Of a stretch of DNA of 64,000 nucleotides, positions 50,054-63,705 are shown one piece after another. A program made the position numbers and the translations under genes. How positions within the stretch are numbered: position 1 is the first letter of the stretch; every line of letters starts with the position of its first letter. Under the pieces are notes generated by a model. The model was not told the origin of the DNA. It saw only the letters and a program-made list of their open reading frames with translations, and made no database searches. The DNA is from Podarcis cretensis (lineage: Eukaryota): NCBI GenBank assembly GCA_951804945.1, contig OX638159.1, forward strand, positions 32,178,001 to 32,242,000. The letters are read 5' to 3'.

Positions 50054-53000
50054 CTAAGCCCAGGTTTGTTGTATTAAATGGCTCCTAGTCATAACTATTG
50101 GCTAAATTGTGGTTGGTGTGTCTAGCCTTCCTGCTGCCCAACTATCCAACTCCCTGGTCACATCTCTTTAATGACTAGCATGACATTTTAAAGCATTTAT
50201 GGTGTGGTGGTGGTGGGGTGCTGCTGTGATGAGTAGGTGTGATTTGGTCTTCTAGGATGAATTGCAGCTGAAATACTTGAATTAATTCCATGGAATAGTA
50301 ATAAAGGGTAAATACAAAAAGGAGAATAGACATGCCTCTGAATCCTCAAATCTTTATCCTTGGGGATTTGGATTCCATTACAAATATTAGCAAAGATCAA
50401 GGACATTTTATTTTAAGGGCAAGTCTAATTGGAAAGGAGTTAATTCTACCAATCTGGAAGTCAGCTAAAGAAATTAAAATTGATGTGCGCAAATGTAGAG
50501 GGAAGCATTTGCTCCTTCAGGGTGCAACTTACATTTGAGCTCAACCTGAATCTCCAAGGTATCTCACTCATATATTCAGTTATATACCTGCCTCCGAGTC
50601 ATGAAAATCTCCACATTACAGTTCATGAAAGTCTCTTAAGGATTTACAACTCTCATGATTTTTATCATGCCTCTCTTTTAGGTGTATTCTTAAATCCTAA
50701 ATGCCTGGTACCAGGTAAAACTTAGCCCCTTTATCATATTATTTTTTGATGTGGTACAGCCACGGTGATATTTTCCCTGCCATTTTCACACAGTGAACCG
50801 CATGTAGTAAGATTTGTGCCCTGAGTTGGTAAAGCTGATCAGGGCAGGGGCTGGGGCAGTCTTAAGGGCCAGGCTGCCTGTCACAGCTTTTGTACAGACA
50901 TTTTCTTAAATCACTCCACACTGCAGTTGAAACGGTGTGGTGAGCTGGTTGCATAATGTGATTCATGCCGATTGGAAATCGACTCTGGCTCCCTCTTCAG
51001 CAGGAGTCTTCACTGTGTTGAAGCTCTTTCTGCAAATGAAGGGGCACATCTGGATTCAACCCATATTTTTCAACAATGTCAGTGTTCTCTTGTTTTTTAC
51101 ATTTTTATTTTTATTTACAAAGAACAATACAACTACAATAGCCACACGTATCAGAACCTCACCGCAAAGTATATGTTTTATATAAGACGAGGTTGATTCC
51201 AGCATATGATTACAGCCCTGTGATGATAAATACTTCAAATTTCAGGTCATCTGAATAGTTAACATTACCTTAGCCCAGCTGCTATAAACTGGAAATGTCA
51301 GAAAAGAAAAGCTTCAGGGTAGTTGTGTGTCCTGCTTTACAGAGCACAGTTGTCTATTTGAAAGGATGGCAGAGGGCTGTCCTTTATTTTAAATAGTCCC
51401 CTAGCAGAAGAGCTGGTCTAAGTCCAGTCTAAAAATGAAGAACCACAGGAAAGGAGAGCAAGGACCCTGAGGCTGTCCATCACAGGTTAGCCCCTGAACA
51501 GCAGATGGGCCCAGCACACAGGTCACAGTCTTCCCTGATATTTCTACTGAAATTATAGTCATTCTAAAACTGAAGATACAAGAATAAATTAGCACATGCC
51601 AGTTTTATGCAGACCTCTATCTTCTCTGGTCCTCTTTTTAAAGCAATGCTGTGAAAGCAGCCACCTTACTTGCACCAGCATGATAAGGCGCAAGTGGTTG
51701 AAACATGTGGCAAGCCTTTCCTCTTGAAGAGGAAACGGACATCAAGTGGAGCTCCTTGGAGCAGCTTACATAGATAGACCATGGTCTGTAGAACATCTCC
51801 CAGCATACCCAGTAGAGGTTAAGCAGTGAACCAGGAGGAATGCCATTCCCTTCTTGATTGGGCCACGAATGCAAGTCAATATTCTCTTAGCCTCAGCATC
51901 CTCCCTGTGGAACTAATGTTGGACTACCTCATAGAGCTGTTGATAGGTTCACTAAGCTACTGTATTTGAAGTACTGTACTTAAATTCAGCCTCGTAGCAG
52001 AGGAGGCAAACTTGGGAAAAGCAGGTAAGGAATAGACCTGTGTTAAGACTGAAAATGTATCCTGTGCCATGGATGGACTTTTGCCCCTCCTCATGAACGG
52101 CACATAAAATGGTCAAAAAACAACTGCAGAATAAATTGTGCAAAGTAAGATAAATTATTCAAATGTATGTATAACTCACACAAAGCCAGTCCAGCTCTTC
52201 TTGGTGAATGTGAGTGACTGTGACAGAGTATTTTGACACACATAGAAGCAGATATAGCTGTACCCAACCTACAGGGCAGGATCTTGCAACACATCTTTAC
52301 CTCTGACTTACCATGGGGAGCCATTTTGAGTAGCCTCCGCGTGGTATATTATAATTTGATCAGGCCCTTTGAGTTCTTGAGAAAACAAGAGGGATTTTCA
52401 AACAAAGCTAAAACTTTGCTTACTCTGCATGCCTTGCAGGAAAGTTGCAAGGCTTAGCAGGGAAGAGCGTTTTTAATTGCCTAGCAGCATTCCATCATGG
52501 AGTCTACTTTAGGCCTAGCCTTTAGTTCTTGGGCACACCTATGGTTTGAAGGATTGCAGCTGGCTCCAAAACAGGCAGCTACTGCAGTTGAGACAGAATG
52601 TGCTGTCAAGAAAATAGGAGAGAGAGCGCATGTCCTCTGAGAGGGTCGTTCTTCTGGGTCACAGGTGAGGAACAAAAACAGCAGGGGTTAGACTCTCTGG
52701 GTAGCATATGGCTATTTATTAAGGTGGGGGGGGGAGATGGCATCACAGGCTTTTGTGTCACCATTCTGAAAATGAAATGGGACATTTACTGATTCAGGTG
52801 AATGCTGCAAATGTTGCTACATGTACCCCTAAAAATAAGATCTTTGCAAACAGACATATACCCTGCTGGTACATGCTCCAGGGATTTGGAATTTGTTGCT
52901 TCAGCCTGTACAAATAAGAGTTGGCCACTCTGCAGTGTCAGTTCTCTGTTTAAAAGGCTAGAGGTGTGGCAGCACCAGCTTGATTTTATCATGATATCAT

Positions 53001-53444
53001 GACCTTCAGGGCCACCTTGAGTGTGAGGTTGCTGTCTGTGCCTCCTACCAGTGCTGCTTGGTTATTTAGCAGCAGTTGAGCATGTGCAGTACCAGGCATG
53101 AGACAACTATGTCATTGGGAGTGAGTGGGTGGGTGAGAGTAGTTTTACATCCTGCAGGGTGAGAGACTGCTGTGGTGTAAAATTGGGCCCCTCCCAGGTG
53201 AGAGATGGCAAAGAAGCATCAGATAGTCTGGTGGTGATGAGGCACAAGCCAATTAGTGCTTCAAAAATTGAAAGTATTTTATACATGTATGCTAGGCAGG
53301 GGTCCTTCCTAGGTGATTGGTGAGTTGATGGAAAGAGTGTTTGATGTAGTGAATGATTATAGTGGTCATGTTGAAGAGTGTGTGAGATTGGGTGAGTGGT
53401 TGTTACAATAATGTGTGTTACAATTGTTTGAATTCTATATTATA

Positions 53445-53854
53445 CAGGCAACTCCCAATTAAGCAGGGACTATGTTCCGAGGCACCACACGTTTAAGTGA
53501 AATCATGTATATCTGAAACACCATCGGAAAAGCCTGCAAACATACTATAAACCTCTGGAATCCCAAGAAAAACACTCTAAAAAACCAGCAGCACTTACCA
53601 GATGCCAAACTCTGCCAAATTCCACCACATTCACTCCTGCCAAACCTCCTTGCTCAAACTCCAACTCTCCACAGGCTTCAACAGTCAGTGCAAAGGCTCG
53701 TGGGATTGCTAAATGCTGTTTTCGCACCTTTTCTGTCCATTCTCGGCTCTTTTAGGGCATTTTAAGCCATTTTTAAAGTCACTTCCAAGTTCCATGCAGT
53801 GCACATATGCGTGGTCACACAACAATTGGACATGCATAAATTGGTTGTTGCCCA
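53445..53854. mobile_element. Tc1/mariner (Tigger-like) MITE
   Basis: TA flanks; imperfect TIRs CAGGCAACTCCCAATTAAGCA / TGCATAAATTGGTTGTTGCCCA. Confidence 0.7.
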
Positions 53855-54604
53855 TATTGCTTTTTTAATGCTCTCTGGTTGTATTTGTATTAATATTATT
53901 TATATGTAGGGTATTGTGTACACATTTGTCCTCGTATGTAAATTATTTGACATGGTTTTTATTGTGTGTGTGTGTGTGTGTATATAGTATTTATCTGTTG
54001 TAAACTGCTTATAATGCTAAGTGGTCTATAAATGGGAAATAACAAATAAAAATAATTAACCCACATCCCATTGAAATTAAATATTTGGGTTATGTTATGT
54101 CTCAGCAGTGAATTAATAGAGGGCACATCAAAGCTCACCAGGTTGGCCTCAGAAATGAGTTCTCATCTCAGAAGAAGAAACAAACATTACAAGGTACCAA
54201 ATTGATCTGCCCCTTAGATTAAGATTTGGTTTAGAGAAGAATTCCCAGCTTCCTTCCTGCTCTTCACAACTTTGCTTCCCAATGGCATCATCAGTCCACA
54301 GGAAGAGGGAAGGAGAGAGGTCTGTCCCTTCCTTTCATTTTCCACTGCCCTCAGTGTGAAAACTTTGTTGATCCTAGGGAGATATACTTCCAAGAACTCC
54401 TGGAATGGCAGATAGGGTGCTGAAGCTGAGAGCCACTTGATGGATTCAGGGCTGGTGGTGCATAGCTATACATTTCAGCAGCCTTGGGTTTTTTTAGCTA
54501 TTAGATTTATTGTTTGTGACCTCAGAGTATATTGCTTTTTTTGGCCTAGAATTTGTACTGGATGTGCCCACATATCATCTGTGCAAGGTGATGAAGCTGA
54601 TCCT

Positions 54605-54660
<56 letters not shown>

Positions 54661-54662
54661 TC
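54605..54662. repeat. (TTTC)n microsatellite
   Basis: Direct reading. Confidence 0.95.
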
Positions 54663-55559
54663 AATATTTTTATTATTTTTTTACCCAAAATTTGACATTA
54701 TTCAATTCACTTTCAACAGTGATATCTTGAATGTGTATATGCAGAAGACAGCAATAGCAGGAATCTAGTCATTCCAAGAGTGCAGCATGGCAGATGGTTT
54801 TTACCAAGAATAAAATAAAATAAATGAGGATTTTTTAAAAAACAACAACACATATATACCTGGGGGGGGGGATATCAAGGATACGCAGAAATGAGCAATC
54901 TTTTCCTTTAATATGTGCCCATTTAATGCTCATGAGCCATTAGAACCATAAGATTTTATTTCCTATCTGAAAGGTGACACTTTTAAGAATATCCTTGGGT
55001 TTAAAACATTGTCTCCCTCCATACATCCAAGCATTTCTAGGTGAGATATACAAAACAACAAAATAAAACAATACAAGCACCAAAGCTGAAGGTAAAAATA
55101 CAGTTAAGAGTCAGTGGTGGATATGACATGATTCATGTTTATCATTTGGGATCCAGTTTTTATTGCTACTCTTTTATCAATAAGCCTTAGGCAACCAGCC
55201 AAGCAATGAGCTGCTGATTAATATTACAGCACCACACCAAGCCTAGGCTTAGAGACTGTGTTTTGTTTTTCTCAAATTGTCTCTCTTAGAACCAATGTTG
55301 CCTTCAGGGGCAGGATCTTGGGGCAGAAGGTGGCATGTCCCACTAAGCAGAATAAGAAGCAGGGCATGTGGAGCACAGCAACTTTCTGAAGTAAATGAAG
55401 GAGGGAGACCCAAAAAGAGACATTTCGTCTGGAATTACTGAACGGTACCTCTTGTAAAGAGATCCTGAATTTAAGATCTTGATCCAGAATTTAAGGATGG
55501 AGAAATTTGATAACATTTTGATTTAAAGGCAAACCTACCTAATTCACATTTTCTGAAAT

Positions 55560-57400
55560 TTCTTCTTCTTTGGCGATCACTTGTAGCCGAGTAAGATTGT
55601 CTTCCATAAACATGGTTTTAACAATGAGTCTGTACGTGACTGTGGAGGCCAATTCTGGACCCACACGTCCTTCCAAAATGGGGACATTGGTTCCCGGGTG
55701 GGAGTTGATTACAGTGTGGATTTGCCATGTGTGCCTTCCTCTTAGCACGTTTCTCCTTTGCGTTCTGAGTTTGATTGTCTTCAAAGTCCATGACACCTTT
55801 GGTAAAGGCTGTTCTCCAACTGGAGTGCTCGCAGGCCAGTGTTTCCCAGTTGTCGGTGTTTAAACTACATTTTTTTTAGATTTGCCTTGAGACAGTCTTT
55901 AAACTTATTTTGTTGACCACCAAAATTACGCTTTCCATTTTTAAGTTCAAAATAGAGCAGTTGCTTTGGAAGACGATAATCAGGCATCCGCACAACATGA
56001 CCAGTCCAATGAAGTTGATGTTGAAGAATCATTGCTTCAACACTGATGATCTTTGCTTCATCCAGTACACTGATATTAGTTCTCCTGTCTTCCCAAGTGA
56101 TGTGTAAAATTTTTCAGAGACACCGTTGATGGACTTTTTCGAGAAGTTGGCGATGGCGTTTGTAAGTGGTCCATGTTTCACAAGCATACAGTAAGGTCGG
56201 TAGTACAATAGCTTTGTAAACAAGCATTTTGGTTTCTGTGTGAATGTCCTAGTCTTCAAACACTCTGCATTTCAATTGGAAGAAAGCCGCACTTTCAGAG
56301 CTCAGGCGATGCTGGATTTTGGCATCAATGTTGACCCTTGTGGAAAGATAACTGCCAAGGTAGGAGAAGTGATCAACCTTTTCCAATGTTACACCAGTGA
56401 GTTGGATTTGTGGCACTGCAGAGGGGTTATTTTGTACTTGTTGGTGCAGCACTTTGGTTTTTTTTGATGTTGAGTGACAGGCCAAGCTTTTGTAAGCTTC
56501 TGCGAAGATATTTAGGATGGTTTGGAGGTCATCCTCTGAGCATGCACACACTACGTTGTCATCAGCATACTGAAGCTCTATGACAGAAGTTATGGTAACC
56601 TTACGCTTTGCTTTCAGCCTGCCCAGATTGAAAAGCTTTCCATCTGTTCGATATATGATTTCTACCCTAGTGGGGAGTTTCCCTTCGACAAAGTGTAGAA
56701 TCATGGCAATGAAAATAATGAATAGAGTTGGGGCAATAACACAACCCTGTTTAACACCTGATCCCACTGTGAATGGTTCACTTTGAGAGCCATTGTTATC
56801 TGTGATTGTTGCTGGTATATTATCATGGAGGAGCCGAATGATGTTTACAAATTTATCTGGGCAGCCAATTTTCAGAAGGACAGTCCACAGGGCATTACAA
56901 CTTACAGTGCCGAAAGCCTTAGTCAGGTTGATAAACGCCATATACAGGGGTTGGTTTTGCTCTCTGCATTTTTCCTGAAGCTGTTGAGCGGTGAAAATCA
57001 TGTCCACTGTCCCCCTAGAAGGCCGAAAACCATTTTGGGATTCAGGAAGGGTCACCTTGGATATTGTTAAGAGACAGTTTGCCAAGATCCTTGCAAAAAT
57101 TCTGCTGGCTGCAGCTAATACAGAGATGCCTAGATAGTTTCCACAATCAGTTCTCTCACCTTTTTTTAAAGAGATTGATAATTTTGGCATCCCTAAAGTC
57201 TGCTGGGATCATATTAGTTGGTGATCTGTCCAGCAGTTGTCGGCGCTTGTCATAGCTCTGGTAAGGAGCACATTACGTCGATCATTAGCACAGTCAATAA
57301 CATAGTCTAAGAAGTGCCAGTATTTTGACCAAGGATGCCTCCATGAAGTTTTTAATTTATTTTTCTGTCGAAAGCATGTGTTGGTAATAACAAGGTTATT
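55560..57400 (-). mobile_element. RTE-clade LINE (non-BovB), 5'-truncated and internally deleted
   Basis: Endonuclease end (WHFLDYV...WTDHQL), RT motifs (PESQNGFR, DMIF, GVKQGCVIAPTLF, YADD at 56558-56569, FSYLGS), C-terminal CPHFGRTCGSRIGLHSH, (GAA)n tail. Confidence 0.95.
56249..57190 (-). pseudogene. Decayed reverse transcriptase ORF of the RTE element
   Basis: 313-aa ORF in the track; frameshifts near both ends. Confidence 0.9.
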
Positions 57401-58585
57401 CCTTTGAAATTTGCACTTTCTGAATTTTCCAATAAAGTTTCTCAGATAAGTAATGTGTACAAAAATGACACTAATGTGAAATGTGCATATAAATGCATAG
57501 ATTGTTGAAAACAACATGCAAAATGTTGAAAATAACATACAGCAGTGATTCAGCATGTGTTACTTTGGGAGTAAGGGATGATATCTAAGAATTTTTGTTG
57601 GGGTGAACTTACCAGTGGAAGTTGGGCAAAAGAGGCACTGCCAGTCCCCACCTGCCTATCTTCTTACATACAACCTGTCCAGGGAAAGGCGCTGGCTGTC
57701 ACTTTCCTGCCCCTCATCTATCTCACTATTGTTGATGTAGCAGGGAGATGGATGGGACTAAAATAAGGAGGCCCTGCCTGCCATTGGCCTTGGTTCCACC
57801 CACTGTTAGTCTCCTGGCCTTCCACCTTGCCTGCCTCAATCTACACCAGTCACCAGTGATCTTACCATTAAGGCAAAGTACCGGAGGGTGTTTTTTTTGT
57901 TTGTTTTAAACTTCTTTGCTTGTTAGCAGCCCATTCACATTCTTCATTCAAAAAAAAAACAAAAAAACAACACAAAAAAACCCCAAACACGTATCCATGG
58001 GACTCTTGCTACATTCTAAGCAGTATTCAACTAACTTTCTGCTTGCACAGAACAAGGCCCTCTAGCGCAACAGGACTTTTCTGCTCTGGAGAGTTGGGAG
58101 AAGCTCTGAAACTCACAAGTAAGGAGGGGGCACAGAGCCCCATTGCCCAAGTGCAAGTCCTATTTTGAATAAAGTGTTCACTTCAGAGATGCACAGTGGA
58201 CACACAAAAAACGCATCTTTCCTGAATTGGGTGAAGCTAAACTCTTAAAAGCACAATGGCCTTTTTGATGCTTCAAGTCCAAAGGCTCTGTGGTCCACTG
58301 TGCTGTAAGAGTGTACCCTCATAATATCCTTCAGGGACCGAAGGAACTGAACAAATTACTCTTAAGTTTAATGACATACCTTATAACCCAGTTCTTCTAT
58401 TAAAAATGTTTAAGATGGTTCAATTACTTAAATGGCAAGGGAGGATGAGGCATGATGACTACCTAATTTCAAGATAAGTATTGCGTTCCGAAAATGGAAA
58501 CCCCAAATGATGCCACCCCAATTCTGAGCACTAGATTTGTGCTGCTCTGGAAAAAGTTTCTTTGCAGATACCATAGAAGGTAGGT

Positions 58586-58587
58586 TT

Positions 58588-58647
<60 letters not shown>

Positions 58648-58648
58648 T
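58586..58648. repeat. (TTTC)n microsatellite
   Basis: Direct reading. Confidence 0.95.
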
Positions 58649-59016
58649 TAAAAAAGGCCTACAGCAAAGTTCCATGGTGCTGAAGGAACTTGCACTTGCA
58701 CAAGTTTGTTTTCTGTTGGTATGTTGGGGTGCAGCTTAATGTAGATCTGTTTTGTAAAATTCCAGGTTAAGTTCTTGGAATTTCCAGCTAGGGTTGGGAC
58801 TATCCCACTTTTGAAACCCCAGAGAGCTGTTGTCAGTCAGTGCAGACAGTACTGAGCTATCTGGAACAATGGTTCTGACTCAGAGATGGTGACTGGCCCA
58901 AGGTCACCCATTGAGCTTCAGGACTGAGTGGGGATTCGAACCCTTCTTTCCCAGGTACAACACTCTAACCATTATATCATGAAGTTTTATAGATATTTGT
59001 AGACTGATTTTATGGT

Positions 59017-59240
59017 TCCAGTTACAGATAGGTAGCCGTGTTGGTCTGCCATAGTCAAAACAAAATAAAAAAATTCCTTCCAGTAGCACCTTAAAGACCA
59101 ACTAAGTTAGTTCTTGGTATGAGCTTTCGTGTGCATGCAGTGTATCTGAAGAAGTGTGCATGCACACGAAAGCTCATACCAAGAACTAACTTAGTTGGTC
59201 TTTAAGTTGCTACTGGAAGGAATTTTTTTATTTTGTTTTG
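59017..59240. mobile_element. Penelope-like element remnant (inverted pseudo-LTR pair)
   Basis: 85-bp inverted arms 59055-59139 / 59157-59241 with one mismatch; flanking direct repeat TGATTTTATGGT (59005-59016 and 59239-59250); hammerhead core. Confidence 0.85.
59142..59179 (+). ncRNA. Minimal type I hammerhead ribozyme motif
   Basis: GUAU-CUGAAGA-A-GUGUGCAUGCACAC-GAAA-GC-UC-AUAC: stem I, conserved core boxes, stem II, palindromic mini stem III, CUC cleavage triplet. Confidence 0.8.
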
Positions 59241-59574
59241 ATTTTATGGTATCTTCTATATTGCCATCTTGTTATATTTTATGAAAGAGTGCATTTTATT
59301 TTCAAACAAACAAACAAGAGGATGGAGAAGTGCAGAAACATTTGAAGGCATTGAAACTCTTCCTCAACCTGGATGCTAAGCATTTTTAATTTTTTTTTAA
59401 GAGGGAGGGTAGGAGAGAATACAATGAAGCAGAACATCATAAGCAAATCCTTTTCTGCAGTTTGGAAATAGTCTTAAAAATGGAATGGGGAAAGTGTTAA
59501 TGCAAATTTAATTAGGTTAGGTCATCCTAACCAGATCTCAGTTTTCATCAAAAGCTACAGAGAAAAGTGGCTGC

Positions 59575-59825
59575 TCTCCCTTCGAAATGATAAAGGCTAG
59601 TGATTCTTCACACAGCACATAGTTAAACTATGGCACCCACTCCCACAAATGCCGTGATGGATGACTTGAAAAGAGGATTAGACCAATTCATGAAGGCTAA
59701 GATTATCAGTGGCTGCTAGCCATGAGGCTATGCTCTACCTCTATGGTATCAGTTGCTGGGATCAGAGGTAGGGACAGTGCTGTTGTGCTCAGCTTTTGTT
59801 TGTGGGCTTTCCAATGGCATTTTAT
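59575..59825 (+). mobile_element. Old CR1/L3 3' fragment
   Basis: TTCTTCACACAGCACATAGTTAAACTATGG...AAAAGAGGATTAGACCAATTCATG; related tails near 14352 (-), 23340 and 62765 (-). Confidence 0.65.
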
Positions 59826-62800
59826 TTGCCCCTTGAAAGCAGCAGAGATACTATATTCTGCCTTACTCCATTTTGTCCATTCAAAACACAAAAGGCTCTT
59901 GTCAGACAAAGAGAAAATCATAGTAGCCTTATATTAGCAAAGGTGGAGGCTACTTTTAGCTGGTGCAGCAAGTATAAAAGTCTATAGAAGACAAATTGAG
60001 TGGTGTTACCTAGTGGTTTGGGAGCATGCTATTTCTCACATAAATAAATTCCATTAGAGGGTGGGAGAAGGTATGGTCATCCAATGCTAGACTCCTCCAC
60101 TCAGATAGCTAAATGTGGGACAAGGAGGGACAAACCCCACAAGTAACTGTGTTGTTCAGTTAGGATACCCTTTTAAATGCTTGGTACTCAGCCTGATAAA
60201 AACTCTTGATTACTTTTGCTCACTTTTTGTGACTTGTTAATTGTTCCTAATCCAAGTATTATCCTAGTTGCTTTTGGAATTTTTTCACCCAGTGACCAAA
60301 AGGGCTGCTAGCATTTTCTATCTGCTTTAGTAATATTCCAGTAACATTGTACAGAATGGAACATTAGGAAGCTCCACAGGGTGTCTGAAAAGGTATCGCA
60401 CCAAAGGCAGCAAGCATTTTTTCACACAATCCTTGTACGTCATTTAGCATTAAAGGAATTAAATTGGGAAGGGATGATGTGATTAGGGCCCAGAAGGGGA
60501 AATCCTTTAAAGTCCAGAGCAGATTTTAATAAATTAGGACTATCCAATTTATGACACTGCAGCACTCGTTTTTAAGAAATTCTGTCACATCAACAAGTGA
60601 AGCTTCTCCAGTTGATGGAGCCAGAGTCCTGCTGTTTTCTAACTACCAGAAAAGCAAAAGTGTGGGATTGTGCCTTCAGAACAATTGTGAAACCAAAGAA
60701 TCTCATTAGTTTCTAAAACAAGAGTTCATTAGATCTAAAACAACTAATTTCAGCAGTGGTCTCCTAAAGTTTGAGGGCCATTTTCCCTCAAGAATGGCAG
60801 CAACTAGAAATGAGCTGTCAGATGAGCTTTACAGAATTTTGTCTTCTAGGAGACTCCATGGCTGCTTAGGTCTTTCACACCTTGTCAACAATTTCCTTCC
60901 TTTTGTCTCCTTAAAGCAATATGTTGCTATCTCCTCATGTTTGCTATGGAAAAATGGTGAGGGAATCTAGAGAACTGATTTTGTTCTCAGTCTAGCACAG
61001 ACTCGCTATCATCTCTGAAGTCCTCAGTGGCCTTGCTTACATATATCACCACCCTAATAGAATAATATATTCCTTCCTCCATCTCTACCTTCCTCCATCT
61101 CTATTGTCCAAACTTCTATTGCTCTTTCATTACACATTCTTCCTTGCCATACCCTCTCCAAGAATGCCACCTAGAAAACCTGTGAGATGCCGCCACCATC
61201 TCCTTTCAAATTCTTCCTACCTTTTCTGTGAAACCTTGGCCTAACTCTTTTGCCATCATTCCATATTTGTGTGACTGATCTCCTATTCCTTCTTTGTTAT
61301 CCTCACTTCCTCCTCTCCTTCTGATGTGTTGTAGACTATAAGTACTTCAGGGCCAAGATACCCATTTCTATTACTCTGTAAAGCGCTATGCATACTGCAG
61401 AATAACAGCTACAACAAATAGCAGTAATAGCTGTTCCCCTACTTGGCATTCCTTTCCTCTCTCCCCACAGAGGACTCCTAGACTTGCTCTATTTTATGTA
61501 AGGTACTTCTAACCTGCCCTTCACCATTAAGTGATGTGCTAAAACCAAGAATAAAATCAATTTAAGTCTGTAAACTGTTTCTTATTGTTGTTGTCATTAA
61601 TGGTTTCTACTGATTGATTTATTGGTTTGTTTGTTGCTCATATAGGATATTCTGTTTTTTAATATTTGATGCTCTGTTGTGTTTTTATATATGTTGTAAG
61701 CCATCCAGAGTGGCAGGGGAAACCCAGCAAGATGGGCGGGATATAGATTAAAAAATTATTATTATTTATTTTTATTCCTTGAAACCTACTGTCTTTAGCC
61801 TGCAGCTGAAAGTTGATAAGTTGAAAGGTATCTATTAAAAATTCATGTCCATTAATAAAAAGGTCAACCTTCTTGTTATTTCCTCCTGAACTTGATCTGC
61901 CTTTTTGATGAAACAGAAATTGTTTTGTATACCTGCAATGAGCGAAACATTAGGTATTTCAAATATGGGGAATGTTTAAACAAAAACAAATACACCAAGG
62001 AACATAACAGCTAAATTTGCAGGTGCTATTGTTTTCCTCCCTTCATTGTCTAATGAGGTTAATGACCTGGGCTGTTTCTCTTCCCCAAGCCTGGAAATAC
62101 TCCTAAAAAAAAAATGACTTGCAAAAAGTTGAAGTACAATTCCTCAGATCTCCTGATTTTGACAGACAATGACTCTGCCATAGAATCAAAGCACTTCCTA
62201 TCACAATAAATGTAGAAGCACAATTCTCTAGAGGTGTCCTTGGGGCACTGTGTACGTGTGCTTGTGTGTATATGTGTCAGAGAAAGAGGCAAAAGAAAAA
62301 GCAATACTGTATAGCATCCAGCACATAGAAGATTTGGCTTTACCGCAAATACAGCTGTGCCAGGGGACCCAGTTGCAACATAGTCTCATTGTGCTGTGCA
62401 GATGGTACCGTGACCTTTGAGTCTGGCTATACAATGCAGCCAAGGTTCCATCGATGCAACAAAATAAAACCATGTTTTAACTTGTTCAAGGGACAACCCG
62501 GTTGTCGAAGCATGTTTCCTTGACAAGCACCTTCTTTTTAACACCGGCTAGCCTTTACAAAGCTGGTTATTCTATTATCTGCTAAAGCAAATTGTTGTTG
62601 GTGTTGTAAAAGTCTCATCTATTCCCATCCTGTAACCTCTGCTGTGTAAAAGGAAACCATTTGCCAGTGGCAACAGCTGTAATTCATTCTTTTCAAGTTA
62701 TGCTATTATGGATTGTTAAATAACGTAGTTTTCAATAAAGCCACAGCTGGAAATTTTGCTTCCACAATGAGCAGAAGAAGAGCTATGCTGGATTGGACCA

Positions 62801-63448
62801 AGCATCTATGCCTGTAAGTCCAGGATTCTGCTTCTAAAAGTGGACAGATAGATGTTTATGGGAAACCCATTGAAGGGCATGAAACCTACTCTTCGCTATC
62901 ATATAGCAATCATGCCTGAGCATCAAGTGATGCTAGCAACAAAATGTTGTACTATATCTGAAGTCCCTAACATGGGGCTTTTCTGTTCAGGGGGTCAGCC
63001 AGCCTGGAACAGGAGCCTTGCAGTACTATTCAGGCCTCCTGAGATGAAGAATTCATTTTTCTTTCCCATCCTCACTAAGGCCTCCCACTTTCTATGCTAT
63101 ACCACCTCAGCCAGAGGGTTTAGGTTTGGAGCTGGTGGCCAGTTCTGAATTTGTACATTTGATTGCTGTACAGTGGCAAGGGAGATGCTCTGGTGAATGG
63201 AGAAGATATGAATGAATGTTGCCATAGAGCACAGGGAGGAGAGGGATGCTCTTGCTGCTTCTTCTTTTCTTTTTTACTAAATGCAGAAACAAAACATCTC
63301 GTGGCCCGTGTGCCCCAACCTAATCCACCAGCCAGGGGTAGGGGAACCTTGTAAGCCCAAGGACCACATTTCCTTGTGGGCAATCCACATGCCAGTGATG
63401 GGCATGGCTAAAGGCAAATGTGTGTGGGCAATGGAGGTGATTCTTACC

Positions 63449-63705
63449 TATGGGTAGGCAAACTAAGGCCCAGGGGCCAGATCCGGCCCAATCGTCTTCT
63501 CAATCCGGCCCGAGGACGGTCTGGGAATCAGCGTGTTTTTACATGAGTAGAATGTGTCCTTTTATTTAAAATGCATCTCTGGGTTATTTGTGCGGCATAG
63601 GAATTCATTCATCCCCCCCCCCCCCAAAAAAAATATAGTCCAACCCCCCACAAGGTCTGAGGGACAGTGGTCCGGACCCCTGCTGAAAAGGTTTGCTGAC
63701 CTCTG
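63449..63705. mobile_element. hAT-Charlie MITE (OposCharlie1-like) nested in an older hAT starting ~63333
   Basis: Perfect 8-bp TSD TTCTTACC; termini TATGGGTAGGCAAAC / GTTTGCTGACCTCTG; GGTCTGAGGGACAGTG subterminal motif. Confidence 0.85.

Noticed and set aside
51990-52024. + strand 35-nt exon ending CAG|GTAAGG
   Set aside because: Strong donor but a poor pyrimidine tract, and no other support.
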